64,000 bases of DNA from Mytilus trossulus (Eukaryota), in NCBI RefSeq assembly GCF_036588685.1, contig NC_086384.1, positions 48,918,001 through 48,982,000 on the forward strand. Direction: 5' to 3'. Positions within the stretch are counted from its first letter, which is position 1; every line of letters starts with the position of its first letter. Shown piece after piece: positions 26,645 through 40,126 of the stretch. Both the position numbers and the translations under genes were made by a program. The notes beneath the pieces are model-generated. The model saw nothing but the letters and a program-made list of their open reading frames with translations, did no database searches and had not been told where the DNA came from.

Positions 26645-27203
26645 GGTATCACCAGCCCAGTAGCCAGTACTTTGGTACTGGCATGAAAATACGGACTTTT
26701 TTTATTACCAGTTCAGTAGTCAGCACTGCGCAATTTCCTGTTAACAAAACTTGAATTTTTGAAAAACTATGAATTTTCTTATCCCAGGCATATATAACCT
26801 CAGCCGTATTTGACACAACTTTTTTTGGAATTTTGGATCTGAAATGCTCTTCAACTTTGTATTTCTTTGATTTGATATGAACGTCACTGATGAGTCTTAT
26901 GTAGACGAAACATGCGTCTGGCGTACTAAATTATAATCCTGGTATCTTTGATAACTATTTGTATCATTAAAATTTGCTGTTACAAAATGTAAGAAAATAT
27001 TATAAATTATAGAATGTATTTCCCTCATGCAAAGCTTTAATTCCTTTCACGGATTTTGCTATACTTTTTTTAATCTTTTGGATTATAGCTCATCATCTTT
27101 TATAAAAGTTTTGGATTTCAAATCTCTTGGCCACCAGCATCCCTGAAGAGACATGTATTGTCAAAATGCGCAACTGGTGTAGGCAAAATGGTACCGTGAA
27201 TGT
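26645..27203 (+). mobile_element. Decayed 351-family retrozyme unit with a second-family retrozyme fragment nested inside
   Basis: 351-family sequence stops near 26700 and resumes near 26960. The insert carries a hammerhead at 26881-26924; the host hammerhead near 27137-27180 has lost GAAA. Confidence 0.75.
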
Positions 27204-27226
27204 TATCAGATAACTGATATTCTTAC

Positions 27227-27456
27227 CCCAGTGATATCTTCCCATGCCATTGTAAAGAATGGTGTATTCATCTTTCCGTTTTAAAGATGAGCTAACTGGT
27301 TTCTGTAGTACTTGATTCTTGCTAAGTCAGCCATGGGTGTGGTTTCAGTCTTCACTGGTAATTGGTCATATCCATCTGCAGGTTCAGGAAAATTTGCAAG
27401 GTTTCTGAGTAATGTTATCATTAATGTCACGTCGAAAGAATCCGAGCTAGGTGCAC
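27227..27456 (-). pseudogene. Gene B coding exon 2 (HEPN C-half) with in-frame TAA
   Basis: Acceptor ttag|GT, donor GGG|GTAAGA. Reads (G)APSSDSFDVTLMITLLRNLAN...ADLARIKYYRNQLAHL*NGKMNTPFFTMAWEDITG. TAA at 27281-27283 where paralog C has AAA. Not in the ORF track. Confidence 0.85.
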
Positions 27457-28109
27457 CTAATAATGAACAACAATATTATATCAATTTACATATGTTTAAC
27501 ATGTTCAAGGAAACAATTCAATTTATGAATGTTTGTGATTCTTTTAAAGCAATTATACTATACTCATGCTTATATGAACTCCATTTATACACAGAATTTC
27601 TTGATGATTACAGCACATAACATTGGTTGAATCCGAAATTCTCTGATTGAAAGATTTAAGAAATAATGTATCAAGTCACACATCCAGACACTTATAGAAA
27701 TATGAATTAAAGCAATTTGTGTTTTATTGTCAATGGGGGCAAGGGGTACAAACAAACACACAGCTTTTCACAACAGGAAATTACAAATAGAATACATCAA
27801 GTCCTTTGCCTACATATAATTGTTCAAGTTTAAAACGAACATTCAAATATGATATAAAAGAGTACTTAAGAATTTCTACACGTAGGTCATTATATGGCGA
27901 TTTGGCGAGTTTTAACTATCCTTTAACCCTTCTAATTCTCCATTATAATCAGTTTTATCAGTGCACTACTTAATAAAATAGATAAAAGCAAATATAAAAA
28001 CAACTGTTATCTAACGGTTTATTTGCAAACACAGTAATAACAAACCATTATTAACAATGGTATCATGATTACGAGTTGTCGCAGTAACAAAACAAGCTCA
28101 AAAGACTTA

Positions 28110-28555
28110 ACCTGATGATTCACATTCCGATAGCCCCAAAAGGGGACTGGGACATAGAAATCTGGCCACTTGGTCTTCTCTCGACCGGCAGTAAAACGCT
28201 TGCCGAAGTGGGGTGTTCGTTTGGCTATGCGGGATGTATCAAGTTTGCAGTCACGTCCGGTCAGAAGGGGGAAGTTAAATTCGATGTCTCGTGTAAAGAG
28301 AGTGCCACGCTCTGTACACGTAAAGAATCCTTGCAACAATTCTTTTGAGATGTCTGTAGGTGGCCTGTTGCAAGTCAAAATTTATGTTCCTCTCCAAGAT
28401 ACCCTCATTTCCCAGTGAGAGTCAAAATTTCCCCGACCATCATCCCAGATGGCCGCTATCGTATCAACCTACCTATTGTATTTATTGTGATATTGTTCTC
28501 GTACTGAATATGCCTGAAATATTTGCCACTAGACGTTAAGCAACCACCAATCAAC
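28110..28555 (+). mobile_element. Probable SINE body and tail
   Basis: GC-richer island with SINE-like central text (gttaaattcgatgtctcgtgt..cacgtaaagaatcc) and tail tgccactagacgttaagcaaccaccaatcaa. Family recognised from memory only. Confidence 0.45.
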
Positions 28556-29725
28556 TTATTACAGTCCGATAGTATTCGGATGATAAGTGAAAGGTGTGTC
28601 GTTATGTTACGGTCTTATTTCGAAATTGGTTTCTTTTTTATTTGAGTTGCTTCAAAATGCCCGACACATCCTCAATAAGTACAAATGTATGTCATACATA
28701 TCATCATAAAGACTGTAGATGAAAACATATTTCAAACTATGACGGGAAATATGATATTTTTTTTATATTTTTAAGTATCTACTTTCTGTGACGTTACAAT
28801 GACAATCAATTCAAAATTTTATCCATTTTCAAAGAATATAAGCTAATGGACATTTCTTTTCAAGATCAGAATCATATACAGGATGTTTCATGTCAAACAA
28901 ACAACCGAACTTAAATATTTACTTTGTTAAACCCTGTGCTCTGTGTTTTTGTGGCCTAAATTTATGGAGAAATCTACCAGATTCACACACTCTCAGTTTT
29001 GTAAGGGGTGAAAACTTTGTTAGAAACTCATTTCATGATACTTTCTCAGAGTGTCGTACGCCTAATTACAATAATATTTCAATTGAAATAACTAATTTTA
29101 CATTTGGAGCCGAAAAAAGGGCAGTACAGCACTTCATCGTTCTTATATATTCATTCGGTGTTATCAATAAACTGCAAAAGCATTCTACACGGGGTGAAAT
29201 AAAGTTGCTTATATTGTCAGTTTTGTAGGCCTTTTTTAAATTATTCTTTATAGTAAGATCTTTTAATTTCTAAACAGTTGAATTTTAATTATTCAAAAAG
29301 CGCGGCAAGCCTCGTACTTTGATATTTAAATGTAACTGTCTCGAGTGAAGAAATACCGTGATACACTTGCTGCAATTATGGTTTCTGTATATACCTAACA
29401 AATCTAAAGCAAAAATGAATCAGTACTAGTTTCACTATATGCTTATCTGCTATAATGTGTTTGTAAGCAAACTTACTCATTAGCATTTTTTTTCTTTAAA
29501 ATGTTAATGATATACGAAATAATTACGATACGTTTTGAAAAGGGAATTTGGGACCTTTATAGCTTATTGTTTGATGTGAGCAAAGGCTCCGTGTTGAAGG
29601 CCGTACATTGACCTATAATGGTTTACTTTTATAAATTGTTATTTGAATGGAGAGTTGTCTTAATGGCACCCAACCGCATCTTCCTATATCTATTAAGTCA
29701 AGTGGAGTACGCATATAGTACTTAC

Positions 29726-29963
29726 CATCACGGCTAAACAGTAAATTCCACTGAGCTGCGTTAATAACATGTTTCATTTTCAAGTCAGACAGTTTTCTAT
29801 ATTCCTTTTTAATGGATGAATTCAACCGAGAAGGATGAAATTCTTTATCAAACAATATACGCACAGCTTTCGGACAAGTTCCAGCCACCAATAAATGCAT
29901 TCTTAAATAATTCTCCTCTTCCACTGAAACATGTGCCACACATGAAACATTGGCAGTTGTCAT
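29726..29963 (-). CDS. Gene B coding exon 1 (HEPN_DZIP3-like N-half)
   Basis: MTTANVSCVAHVSVEEENYLRMHLLVAGTCPKAVRILFDKEFHP...INAAQWNLLFSRD, donor G|GTAAGT at 29726/29725. Confidence 0.85.
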
Positions 29964-30799
29964 CGTATTTGTATGCTTTCTAAATCTTGAATCAGTTTCT
30001 TTAGGCTTGTATAGTGAAATGCTTACCTTGCTGCAAACTGTCTGGCATTGCTGATGAAAGCAGTGTATTCAATAGTCACTGTGAATTGCAGCAAATAAAT
30101 TGATGCCAACAGTTTTTCCATTATTAAAGTTCATCACCATATTTAATGATATTCTGGACTGTATTTTTTACTTAACGATAATTAGTGTTCATGGCTCTAA
30201 GTAGATTTTGCTCCCACGTTCAATATTAATTGTAACATGTCTTTGCACTTTGCATCATATATATGTTTCTCACTTGCGCTTTGGCAATTCAGTACTTGCT
30301 TATAAAGGAAAACTGTCTGTTATTGTGGCCTTTGCTATTGAAATTTGATTTTCCGCTTATCATTTTCCCATTTATAGTCTGTCCTATTTATCACAGAAAT
30401 TTATATTTTCCATTCAGTTTGAATACCAGTTATTACTGGTTACAAGAAGTGTATTCCATAATGTTTTGATCATGCTAGTTAGGCATTCGCTTATGTACTG
30501 AATTATCCCTACTGCTGCAGTCTATTCGAGAAAAACCTAAAATGTAGGAAAAGCGATTGTAATAAATAACAAAAATATCAAGCCATGGTGTACTATTAAA
30601 GTTGGTTTTATGCAAAACATTCCGATGCCGTAAATGTTCAAGTGTTATGTTGATAATCATAAACTACTTGTATTTATCAGTAAAATACTCACTCAATGCG
30701 TTAGAAATAATAAAAAAAAACACAATATTTTGCAGTGTTTTTTGTTTTATTTTTAGTTTTCATTAGAATGTAACATGACTAGTTGCGTTAATAATTTCG

Positions 30800-31480
30800 A
30801 CTGTTTAAAGACACCAGATTCAAGTGAATCAAAACTTATCATTTCGTCTTGTGATGTTGATACGGAAACATAAAAAAAGTAAAAAGGAGCACGTGTAAGA
30901 TATGTTTTATGTTAATCACGACTCCTGATTTTACCAGTTATTTTCAAAATCAGTCTATTCCTACTGTATCTAACAGTAACACCAAAACCATTATTAATTG
31001 GGATCTTAACATAATTCAACATGAAAATCTCGGAAAGGTGATTGAGCATGGTCCTGAGTTTAGAGAACCCTAACACATCAATTGAAATCATTACTGAAAA
31101 ATGATTATAGATTTAATTAAGGACTACGCCAGAACACGGGCTTAACGAGAAGAAGTTGAACTAGACACTTTGTCAGAAAGGGTCAAAACAATCAGGTCTC
31201 TGTTGAAAAACTGTGTGAATGATGATAGACCAAATTCTGTTTTCAGAGACAAAGAGGCTGTGAAATGTCTATCATCTCTTCATATATAAGTATGTTGTTG
31301 TTCCTGCGGACAAAGCTTCAAATAATGCTGTCTTTGTTTGTAAATCGTATACTACGAATGTCTTGAAAAGAATTAGGAATACAATGAGCACTCAGGTAAT
31401 CCAACATACAAAGACATATCATTTGACAAGGATGACATTCTGGCGAATCATATGTCCTTCATGGTTGCAATGAACATTAC
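30800..31480 (+). mobile_element. Penelope-like element, pre-RT region remnant
   Basis: Broken frames GPEFREP..IKDYAR..REEVELDTLSE..KYVVVPADKASNNAVFVCK (DKxN motif typical of PLE RT N-terminus). Confidence 0.65.
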
Positions 31481-34400
31481 ATTTAGGAGATAACTGTATT
31501 GTATTTTAGGCTCCGACGGCATCAATTACGGATTTTTTGGTCGCAAATAAGTTTACTGGTGACTTCGTATGGTTCTTACAACCTCAATTCATAAATTGTA
31601 CACAGCAATCGTAAATTACTAATTTCTGGGTCTCGTAAACATGAATAAACGCCATGTAAACAAATCAATTTCCCATGACATTCTAGAAATGAACTTAAAA
31701 ATCAGGTGTAAATAAACGGATAAATTAGAATGGAACCAGATGGAATTGAACAGTGGTGTGAATAACGAAATACCTTAACATCAATAAATATTAACAATAT
31801 AACATTTGAGACCATTTTGACATATTTATGAATCATACACGCATATTACATGCATTGAAAAGGAACAGATGTCTGGCCGGCACAACAATACCCTATGCCA
31901 TATTTTGTTTATAGTGGACAAAAGGATAAAGCATGCTGCAATAAATATATTAACGCGATTGCAAGAGAAAAGATATTTAAATTATATGTACTCCTACAGA
32001 TCTAAAGCATTTTAAGTATTAACAACAAGTTATCATCGCTCCTAGAGTAGGTAGTTTAACAACTACTTTAACACCTGTCTGATAAAATTGATGTTTATAA
32101 TTACGAACAGTTTCGTGGAGCACTAAAAAAGCCACATCAAAATAACCTGATTGTAACGACACTTCTCTAGTTTAGGTATAGCACATGATAACGGAAGATC
32201 AAGTTCTTCATTTTTGGTTGACATTCTAAAGTAACATAGAACAGACCTATGATTAATCAGGATTTCTTAGATGTGAAGTGTCTAGGAAATTTATGTAAAA
32301 TTTCAAAGTAAATTGTCACTTCCTTATTCCTTTATCAAGCATGTTATGCTTTATTTGTTTACACACGCTTGTTTATAGATTTTGTTTCCTGAAATTTTGC
32401 TTCTTAAGCAACAGAATCTCTCCAATCATATACAGTTTTCATTATTTGAAGATATACATGTAAATATAACATATCACGGTGAAAAAATTCTCTATCCATA
32501 AACAATATATGTATATTTAACACCCGAACGATTATGCGAAAATTAGTTGTTATTGTTTGTCTTGACCAGGCAGCGGAATATACACGGCGATTAGGGGTCA
32601 CAATATGAACATGAATCAAAAAAAAAAGCAGTACTGTATCCATTAACAGTAAGTTGCAAAAGAGGTCGTTCGCTTGGCATATTTGATATACAATTTGCTT
32701 CACTGGTAAAATGAAAATAAATAGTTATCTTTATGTTTATATCATATGAGGCCAATAATTATCAAAGGTACCAGGATGATAATTCGATACGCAAGATGCG
32801 CATTTCGTCTACACCAGACTCACCAGTCACGCCAAAAAGATGAGTCAAATACGACTATGGTAATTAGATATAAATTAAAAGCAATATTAAAAACTTACTA
32901 TATATTGGTTTGTTGATCTCTAGAGAACAGACTATAAAAAAGAAGGGTTGGTGAAATTCTTTTGAGAGTTCACTTTTCCTCCATTTTGTTAATGTATAAT
33001 TTACACTTGAATTTGGATTATTTGTATACGTCTAATTTACATAACAAATAAGGTTTTAAAAATTAAATACAAAAACATTAGAATGAGTTCTTTGTTTAAA
33101 GTATGTTACAGTGTTTTCATTGTTGAATTCTGTTCACCGTATCGAAAGTTTAACAATTCAAACTTCCTTTTGAAATGTAATTTAAACCATTGTGTTTGTT
33201 ATGTTATCCAGTTAATTGAAACATACCTTTTACTATCTGTCAAACTTAATGCAATAATTGAATATAATTTAGTCAGAAATATACGTTTACCTGTTAATTG
33301 AAATGCGATTCTTCGTATATTTTTCATACTAGTTCAACAGTACAATACTTTTTTAACAGAACAGAAATCACCGTATAGTAGACCTTATTGGTATTTAATG
33401 TGCATTTTTCATTTAACTTTTTCCGAACGCTGAATTGAAATGCACACTTCTAAAGACAATTTGAACCACACACTTTTTCTCGATCACTTAGCGGCGTGTA
33501 GCCACATTCTTATAACAGTAACCATGTGTAGGTTTATGCATAAAGTAGACTAACAATTGAATAAGCTAATCTATTTAGATTGTCAATTGGTTTTCCTTAA
33601 TTGTTTAAAATCATAATTGATAATTATGGTTAATACCGAGAGCATGAAATTTTTATATTTTTTTCGAAAATGGGACAATAAACAGGAATGTAATCGAATG
33701 CTCTGTTGTTATTTTTTTCCATCTTTTTATTACTATCAATAATACAGAAGCATAAAATTAAGACTCGTTCCCAAATTAACCTTTATAAAATAAGAGAATG
33801 TGTTATAGTTTACGATGTAACTATCAAAAAAAGTCAAAATACCTTTGATTTAAGCATGTTATAGCATAGAATGGCTTTCAAAAATAAATAAAAGCGATAT
33901 TGGGCATTTTCTGCTATAAAGGCATTTTCATCACAACATTTAAAAACAATTAAAACGAATATTTTGTTTTCCAGTCTCGATTTTAAAGATTGAAAAGTAG
34001 TATGAGTTGCACCTCACCACAATACTATTCACATTTAAGGTCAGAATATGAGGTAAACAGTTGACACATGTCTTTATAATAAGTTATGCACTTTCAAGTC
34101 TGTTTCAAAATATGAAAACAATATACATTAAAATAAAAACAAGAAGATGTGGTATGATTGCCAATGAGAAAACTCGCCACAAGATCCCAAATGACACAGC
34201 AATTTAAAACAATTTTAGGTCAGTCTTTAACATGGTGGAAAGACCAGACCACTTTTGAACCTCTTTGATGACAGCAATCAAAAATTATTTCATAACTCTC
34301 TAATAATATCCTTCAATTAAGGAAATCAACACTAACACTCAAATTTCCGACTAAAGGGACGGCTTTTTGTTCACTATTGTTTATTTTACTTATTTGGATA

Positions 34401-34729
34401 GTGATTTTTTGGTGGCAAAATCTTACTGTGTATATATCACACCTCGTTCACTATGTCCGTGTCTGTTGTGACGTTTTAGATTTTAATGAACTGAACGTAA
34501 TCTAGTTATTACTGGTAAATTATTAAGAATTGTGTTACCATGAATTACTAAAACCTTTATAGATTCCTAAATAAATATTAAAATTTTGTTTTGAAGTTTG
34601 GTTGTACTTGCAGAAAACTTATTTTAAACGGGATACCAAATCCTCATTATAACGGAGATGTTGTTAACCTTATGCCAGGAAAAACGATCCGTGTAAACTT
34701 AAATAAACTTATTCTAAAAGGTTGAACCA

Positions 34730-35110
34730 AAATCACATTAGACCAAGACCATGCAGATCCCACTACGATCTATAAAAGAATAAGATCATGGTGAGGTCAT
34801 GGTATGGTTGGCGTGTATATTCAATATCGTGTAGTGTTCGCAATCATACTACTACCTTACTATGATCCATATAGTTTCCACGATCATACTACGACCTTAC
34901 TATGATCATGATAAGAATAAGCGAGAATTCCGCTACGACAGTAACACGTTCTAGTTAAGATCTTGTCACGCTCTAACTACGTCTTATAAAAACTCACCAC
35001 AACTCACACGATCTATATACGCTCTATCAAGACCGTCCCGTTCGTATTACGATCTTAATAAGGTTACTACGATTAAATCACGACTCCACTATGTTGTCAC
35101 TACGCTTTTC
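34730..35110. repeat. Degenerate short-period repeat block (cacgatcatactacgaccttactatgatc-like)
   Basis: Repeated ctacga/cacgat/aagatc motifs, likely subterminal repeats of a DNA element. Confidence 0.45.
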
Positions 35111-36721
35111 CTCCTAAAAATATCTTCACTTTCCCAATGTACACACTCGTTTCTTTGAGAAAACATTGTCATTTATTGTATCAAATACACTTAGAGATCG
35201 TGGTTATAAAAGTAGAGACATTTGTAAAGACATTAATCATGTCTTATTTGAATCTTAAGCTTGTCGACGCCTGCGCTCTATGTTTCCTGGTCCTTTATTT
35301 GGGTGAAATCTAGCTGATTTTGTCAAATTTCACCAAAATCCCTTATCTTGACCTTTTTGGGATGTAAAAATCAACGTGTTAGAATTAAACTTTGACAACA
35401 ACAGTTCTGTTTAACTATCCAACATGTCTTTAAGGCAACTTAAAACATTTATTGTCTTGTAAAGATGAACTTTATAATTGGGGCCAAATATGACCCATAC
35501 CGAACTTACTCCTTTGTAAAAACATTTATTGAATCACGATAACAATCAGATATTGTTATTAATGATCTAAAAAACCAAGTCAAATAAGACATCAACCTGT
35601 CAGAAGTTGTTGCAATGCATAGAATACTCATGTATATGGATAAGACGAGGAAGGAACTAGACATCGGTTTGACATATTTGACGACATAAACAAAGACATG
35701 AAAGAATAAAATGTGTGTATAAAATCACTTGAACATGCTTTTTATATTTGTTTGATATTGTCAAGTACTATATATTTTTTTATATCATTCCTGTTCATCT
35801 ATAATTATGTTGTTGCCTACAACACCAACTTGAACCTTGGGATGACATTTGTTTCTCTGTCTCTCATACCAATCAACTATTTTTATTTTGTAACTATTTA
35901 CCGGAAAATAAACGTTTCCTACGTATTTGGTTTGATTTTGAAATACTCATATACCGGTTTGCTGTAAATATACAAATTCAATTATGTACTTCCACAGTTT
36001 ACTCGTTTTTAAACATGAGATTTACACTCAAGCAACTGGGTAATTGTTGCTAAAGTGAAGGATGTCACATACATCAATATCCATGTGTATACAGTATCTC
36101 CATAAACTTAAACATAGATAATCCTAATCATTTGCCAAATTGTGTTTCTCACTTCTGTCTGCACTCGTACATTGAAAATTAAGTCAAGGTAATAAACTTC
36201 TGTCAAGCATATTCTATAGATTAGTCTAGTCAATTTTACTGCGCTTTATTCAATGTTTGCCTGAAATTCAGGCGAAGTGTTATCCTACTTTGCTTATTTA
36301 TTTTGCTTTTGTTTTGTTTTCTACATTTCACTTTACAATTACTGCCATACATCTTAGTATTTCAAAAACACAGATTATTGAATGAACACAGACCTTGCTA
36401 ATTTTTTCAATAGTATTACAGTATCACAAGATAAGTGATATCTGCTATCATCAACATCTGTTATTTATTAATGTTTCCCTTTTATATATATGTTCTGTAC
36501 TTATATGTTTTGTTTTGTACTTTATCTCGTCTATGTTTGAGTGTCCTGTTAATAAATGTATACGTCATCTTTCGGTTTCAAAGATCTGTCCAAAGTGTAC
36601 ATCATGTGCTTATGTTTCACTATATATTCATTATAAGTTTTGATAGTTTCGACTGTTCAATGTTTTAACATGAATCTGTAAATTTGTAAACTATATTTTT
36701 ATACATAACATTATCCTCCCT

Positions 36722-39280
36722 ATAATTATTAAAAATGTTTTTATCCTCAGTAGAATTATACAGTTTTTATTACTGGTTGCTGGAATTGAGCAAAATCCAG
36801 GTCTAGATCAGAGTAACAAAAAGTATTTGAAAATAGAACACAATAATGTGTGTAGTTTACTTCCTAAGTTAGATCTTATTAACAATGAACTAAACGAGTA
36901 TGACATTATTTGTATATCAGAATCTCATCTTGACAAGTCAATTACTGATGACCAAATTAAATTAAATGGGTGTCATAAACCTTTAGGTTAGTTAGTAATA
37001 GACATGACGAAGGTGTGACCATTTATATAAAAATAGCTTACATTTTATCATACGGAATGAAATATATGTAAGCAATCTTGAAATACTTTGGGTTGAAGTG
37101 AAGAATTGTAGTAATGAAAAAATGTTAGTTGGTGTTTTATACCGTCCTCCAAACGCAAATTCTAATATATGGGACTTATCTAATGAGTTAATAGATAAAA
37201 CACATTCTTTGTGGTGATTTCAATTGTGATATGATCTCAAACTCAAGTAACTCTTTTAAAAAGTTACTTAACCGGTTAAACTTGAAAAATGTTGTTTGGG
37301 AGTCTACCAACTTTACAACCGAACTGGTACTTGTATTGATTTATGTGTGACTACTCGCAAAAACTTAATTAAATCAGTAACTGTACTTACACCGATATGC
37401 AGTTCTCATTCTCCTGTTGCAGTCGAAATTTCATTTAAAACTGTTAAACAACACTCGTTTAATAGAGAAATTCGAGATTTTAAGCGTGCAGATTAGGAAG
37501 CTCTTAAAAACCAGTTAAATGATACTGACCGGAATAATGTTGTTTTTAATTCAAATATTATAAATGAGGTTTATATGAACTTTGTCAAAACGTTCGAAAG
37601 TACTGTCAATATATATATACCTACTAAACTATTACAGTTAGACCAAATGATAAACCATTAATGAACAAGTTCATAAGAAACAAGATAAGACATCGTAATA
37701 GAATTCACCACAAAGCGAAAACTTCAAATAATCCAGATCACTGGAAAAAATTAGAGAAATTCGAAATTATCAGTTTAGTTAGAAAGGAAGAAGATGATTA
37801 TAAGTGCAAACTGACATCCCAACTTATTGACAGAATTATTCCCTCTGGTAAATAGTGAGGCATTGCCAAGTCTGTATCATGTCTTACTCAAAACAGAGAT
37901 TCCCCCCTTTTTGGAACATGACGCCAAATTTTGTTTCATCCATTGGACAAATCAGAGATCTTGAACAATCATTATGTTGATATAGCTAATATTGATATAG
38001 AACCCGTAATTCCTGATAATTATGAGCCTTCTCCATGTCATTTAAACAAATTTGTCATCACTTAGAAATACATTTAAGACCAGTTAAAAATTTTGAATGT
38101 TAATAAACCAGCTGGAACTGATGATCCTATTAGTCCTAGAAGTTTAAAAAAGGTTGCTAGCTTTATTTCTAAACCATTAACTAAGTTATTTAATATGTCT
38201 CTATCAGTTAATCAGGTTCCACTGTAATGGAAAATTGCACATGTTAATCCTATTTTTAAAGGGAAAGGTAGTCCACATTCAGCTCTTAACTATCTGTTAC
38301 TAGTGTTGTATGTAAGATTATGGAAAAAAGTTTTTTCTAAACATTTTTATAATTATATGAGGAGTAATAACCTTCAAAGTCAAAGTTTCAATCTAGATTC
38401 CAAGCAGGTGATTCTACTGTTAACCAGTTAATCGAAATATATCATAACATAATAAGTAATATGGATAGTGTTAGGGATGTAAGGTTTGTTTTTTCTGATG
38501 TATCAAGAGCTTTCGATGAAGTTTGACATAAGGGACTTTTATTTAAACTTAAACAATCTGGCTTAAATGACCAGCTCTTATCTTGAATAGAACGTTATCT
38601 TTCGGATCGTCAACAAAAGGTAGTTTCAGAAGGCTTTTCATCAACTCTAAGGGGTATACATGCAGGTTAAGACCCTTTCTGTTTCTTTATTTATATGATT
38701 GCTATAGTAAATGACATTGCTAATGATATTAGACTTTTTGCAGATGACACATCTTTATTTGTCATAGTAGATGATGATCATGCTGTAGCAGCTGCTTCTT
38801 TTACTGCATGATGAATTGGATGTTACCTCAAATTGGGCAAAATCATGGGCTGTTCAATTTAACTCTGAAAAAACTAAAAATATTGTATCAACTAGATGGG
38901 AAAGGGAGCATCCATCTGTATTTTTTTGGATTAATTGCGAAGAGGTTGAGAAAATAAATATTCACTGTCATCTTGGGATAACATTTCAGTCATCAGCTTC
39001 ATGGCACACGCATATTGATATTAATTATAAAAAAACATGCTATCGCCTTTCTGTGATTCGTCAAGTTAAACAATTATTAGATAGGAAATAACTTATACGT
39101 ATTTATTATGCTTTTATTAGACCTATATTAGAATATGGGGATGTAATATGGGGCAATTGCTCCCAGCATGAGACCGAGCTTCTTGAAAATATTCAGATAG
39201 AAGCTGCTAGAATTATTACAGGATTACGACGTAATTCCTCCAGACAAAAACTTTATATTGAATTAGATTTAGAAACCCCC
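36722..39280 (+). mobile_element. Decayed non-LTR retrotransposon ORF2 (APE endonuclease plus RT; CR1/L2-group-like)
   Basis: HNNVCSLLPK..YDIICISESHLD, VGVLYRPPN, CGDFN, FSDVSRAFD, RLFADDTS (38731-38754), AFIRPILEYGDVIW; many stops and frameshifts. Confidence 0.85.
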
Positions 39281-40126
39281 ACTCTTGATTTCTTATTCTT
39301 TAGCAAAAATAGATACAAAAAACATATAGATCAATCACAAACCAACAAAAAACATAGAACTACTAGCTCTTGGCTAGAGACTGGCCAAACAATTTAAGAT
39401 ATTCCATTTTAGCCGTAAAACATACCACTTTATGCAAGACATTACAAGAACGTTTTGGATACTAATTTGAGTGAGCATTTATAGTTAAACATTGCATGTT
39501 TGCAGAAATATACTGATTAAAAATATTTACAAACACATTATATGTAGTAACCACGTTCGTACTAATTTTAAATAGCATTTCAACTGAACTTTTTTTTTAT
39601 TATTATTTTTACAAAAATAAACTCCAAATCTGTTGAATGCCAGTATACATTGAAAGATCAGGAATCCTCTAATTTGTTTCATTTATGTAACCGTTTTAAG
39701 TATAAGGTAGCAGTATTTGTTCAATGTTTTTATACTCTCTTTGACTGGACAGGTATTTCGAAAAGTCAAACATTCATGGAAAAGTGATTATTGAACATCA
39801 ATTATGTTTGGATTTCATATTATGTCTTTCTTATATTGTTGAGGTTTGAGAGTGTTCTAGTACTGTATTAATAATGATCTCAAATTGTCTTATCGTTAAT
39901 GATTATAATCATTGATACTACAGACATAATGAAAATCCACTCCATATAACAAAATTCCGTTTGTAACTTGTTTTCTGTATCCTTTTGAATCAAAAACATA
40001 TTACTAATTTATAGAGCATCAAGAGACATCGAATTGCGCATCTGGTGCGGGACAATTGGTACCGTTAATGCATATTATAATGACTTAGTACAACGACAGT
40101 AATACATATATATATATATATATATA

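Noticed and set aside
32786-32833. Additional active hammerheads (also near 27137 and 40015-40060)
   Set aside because: Core nucleotides are mutated or deleted (CTGGTGA, loss of GAAA, truncated core); decayed copies only.
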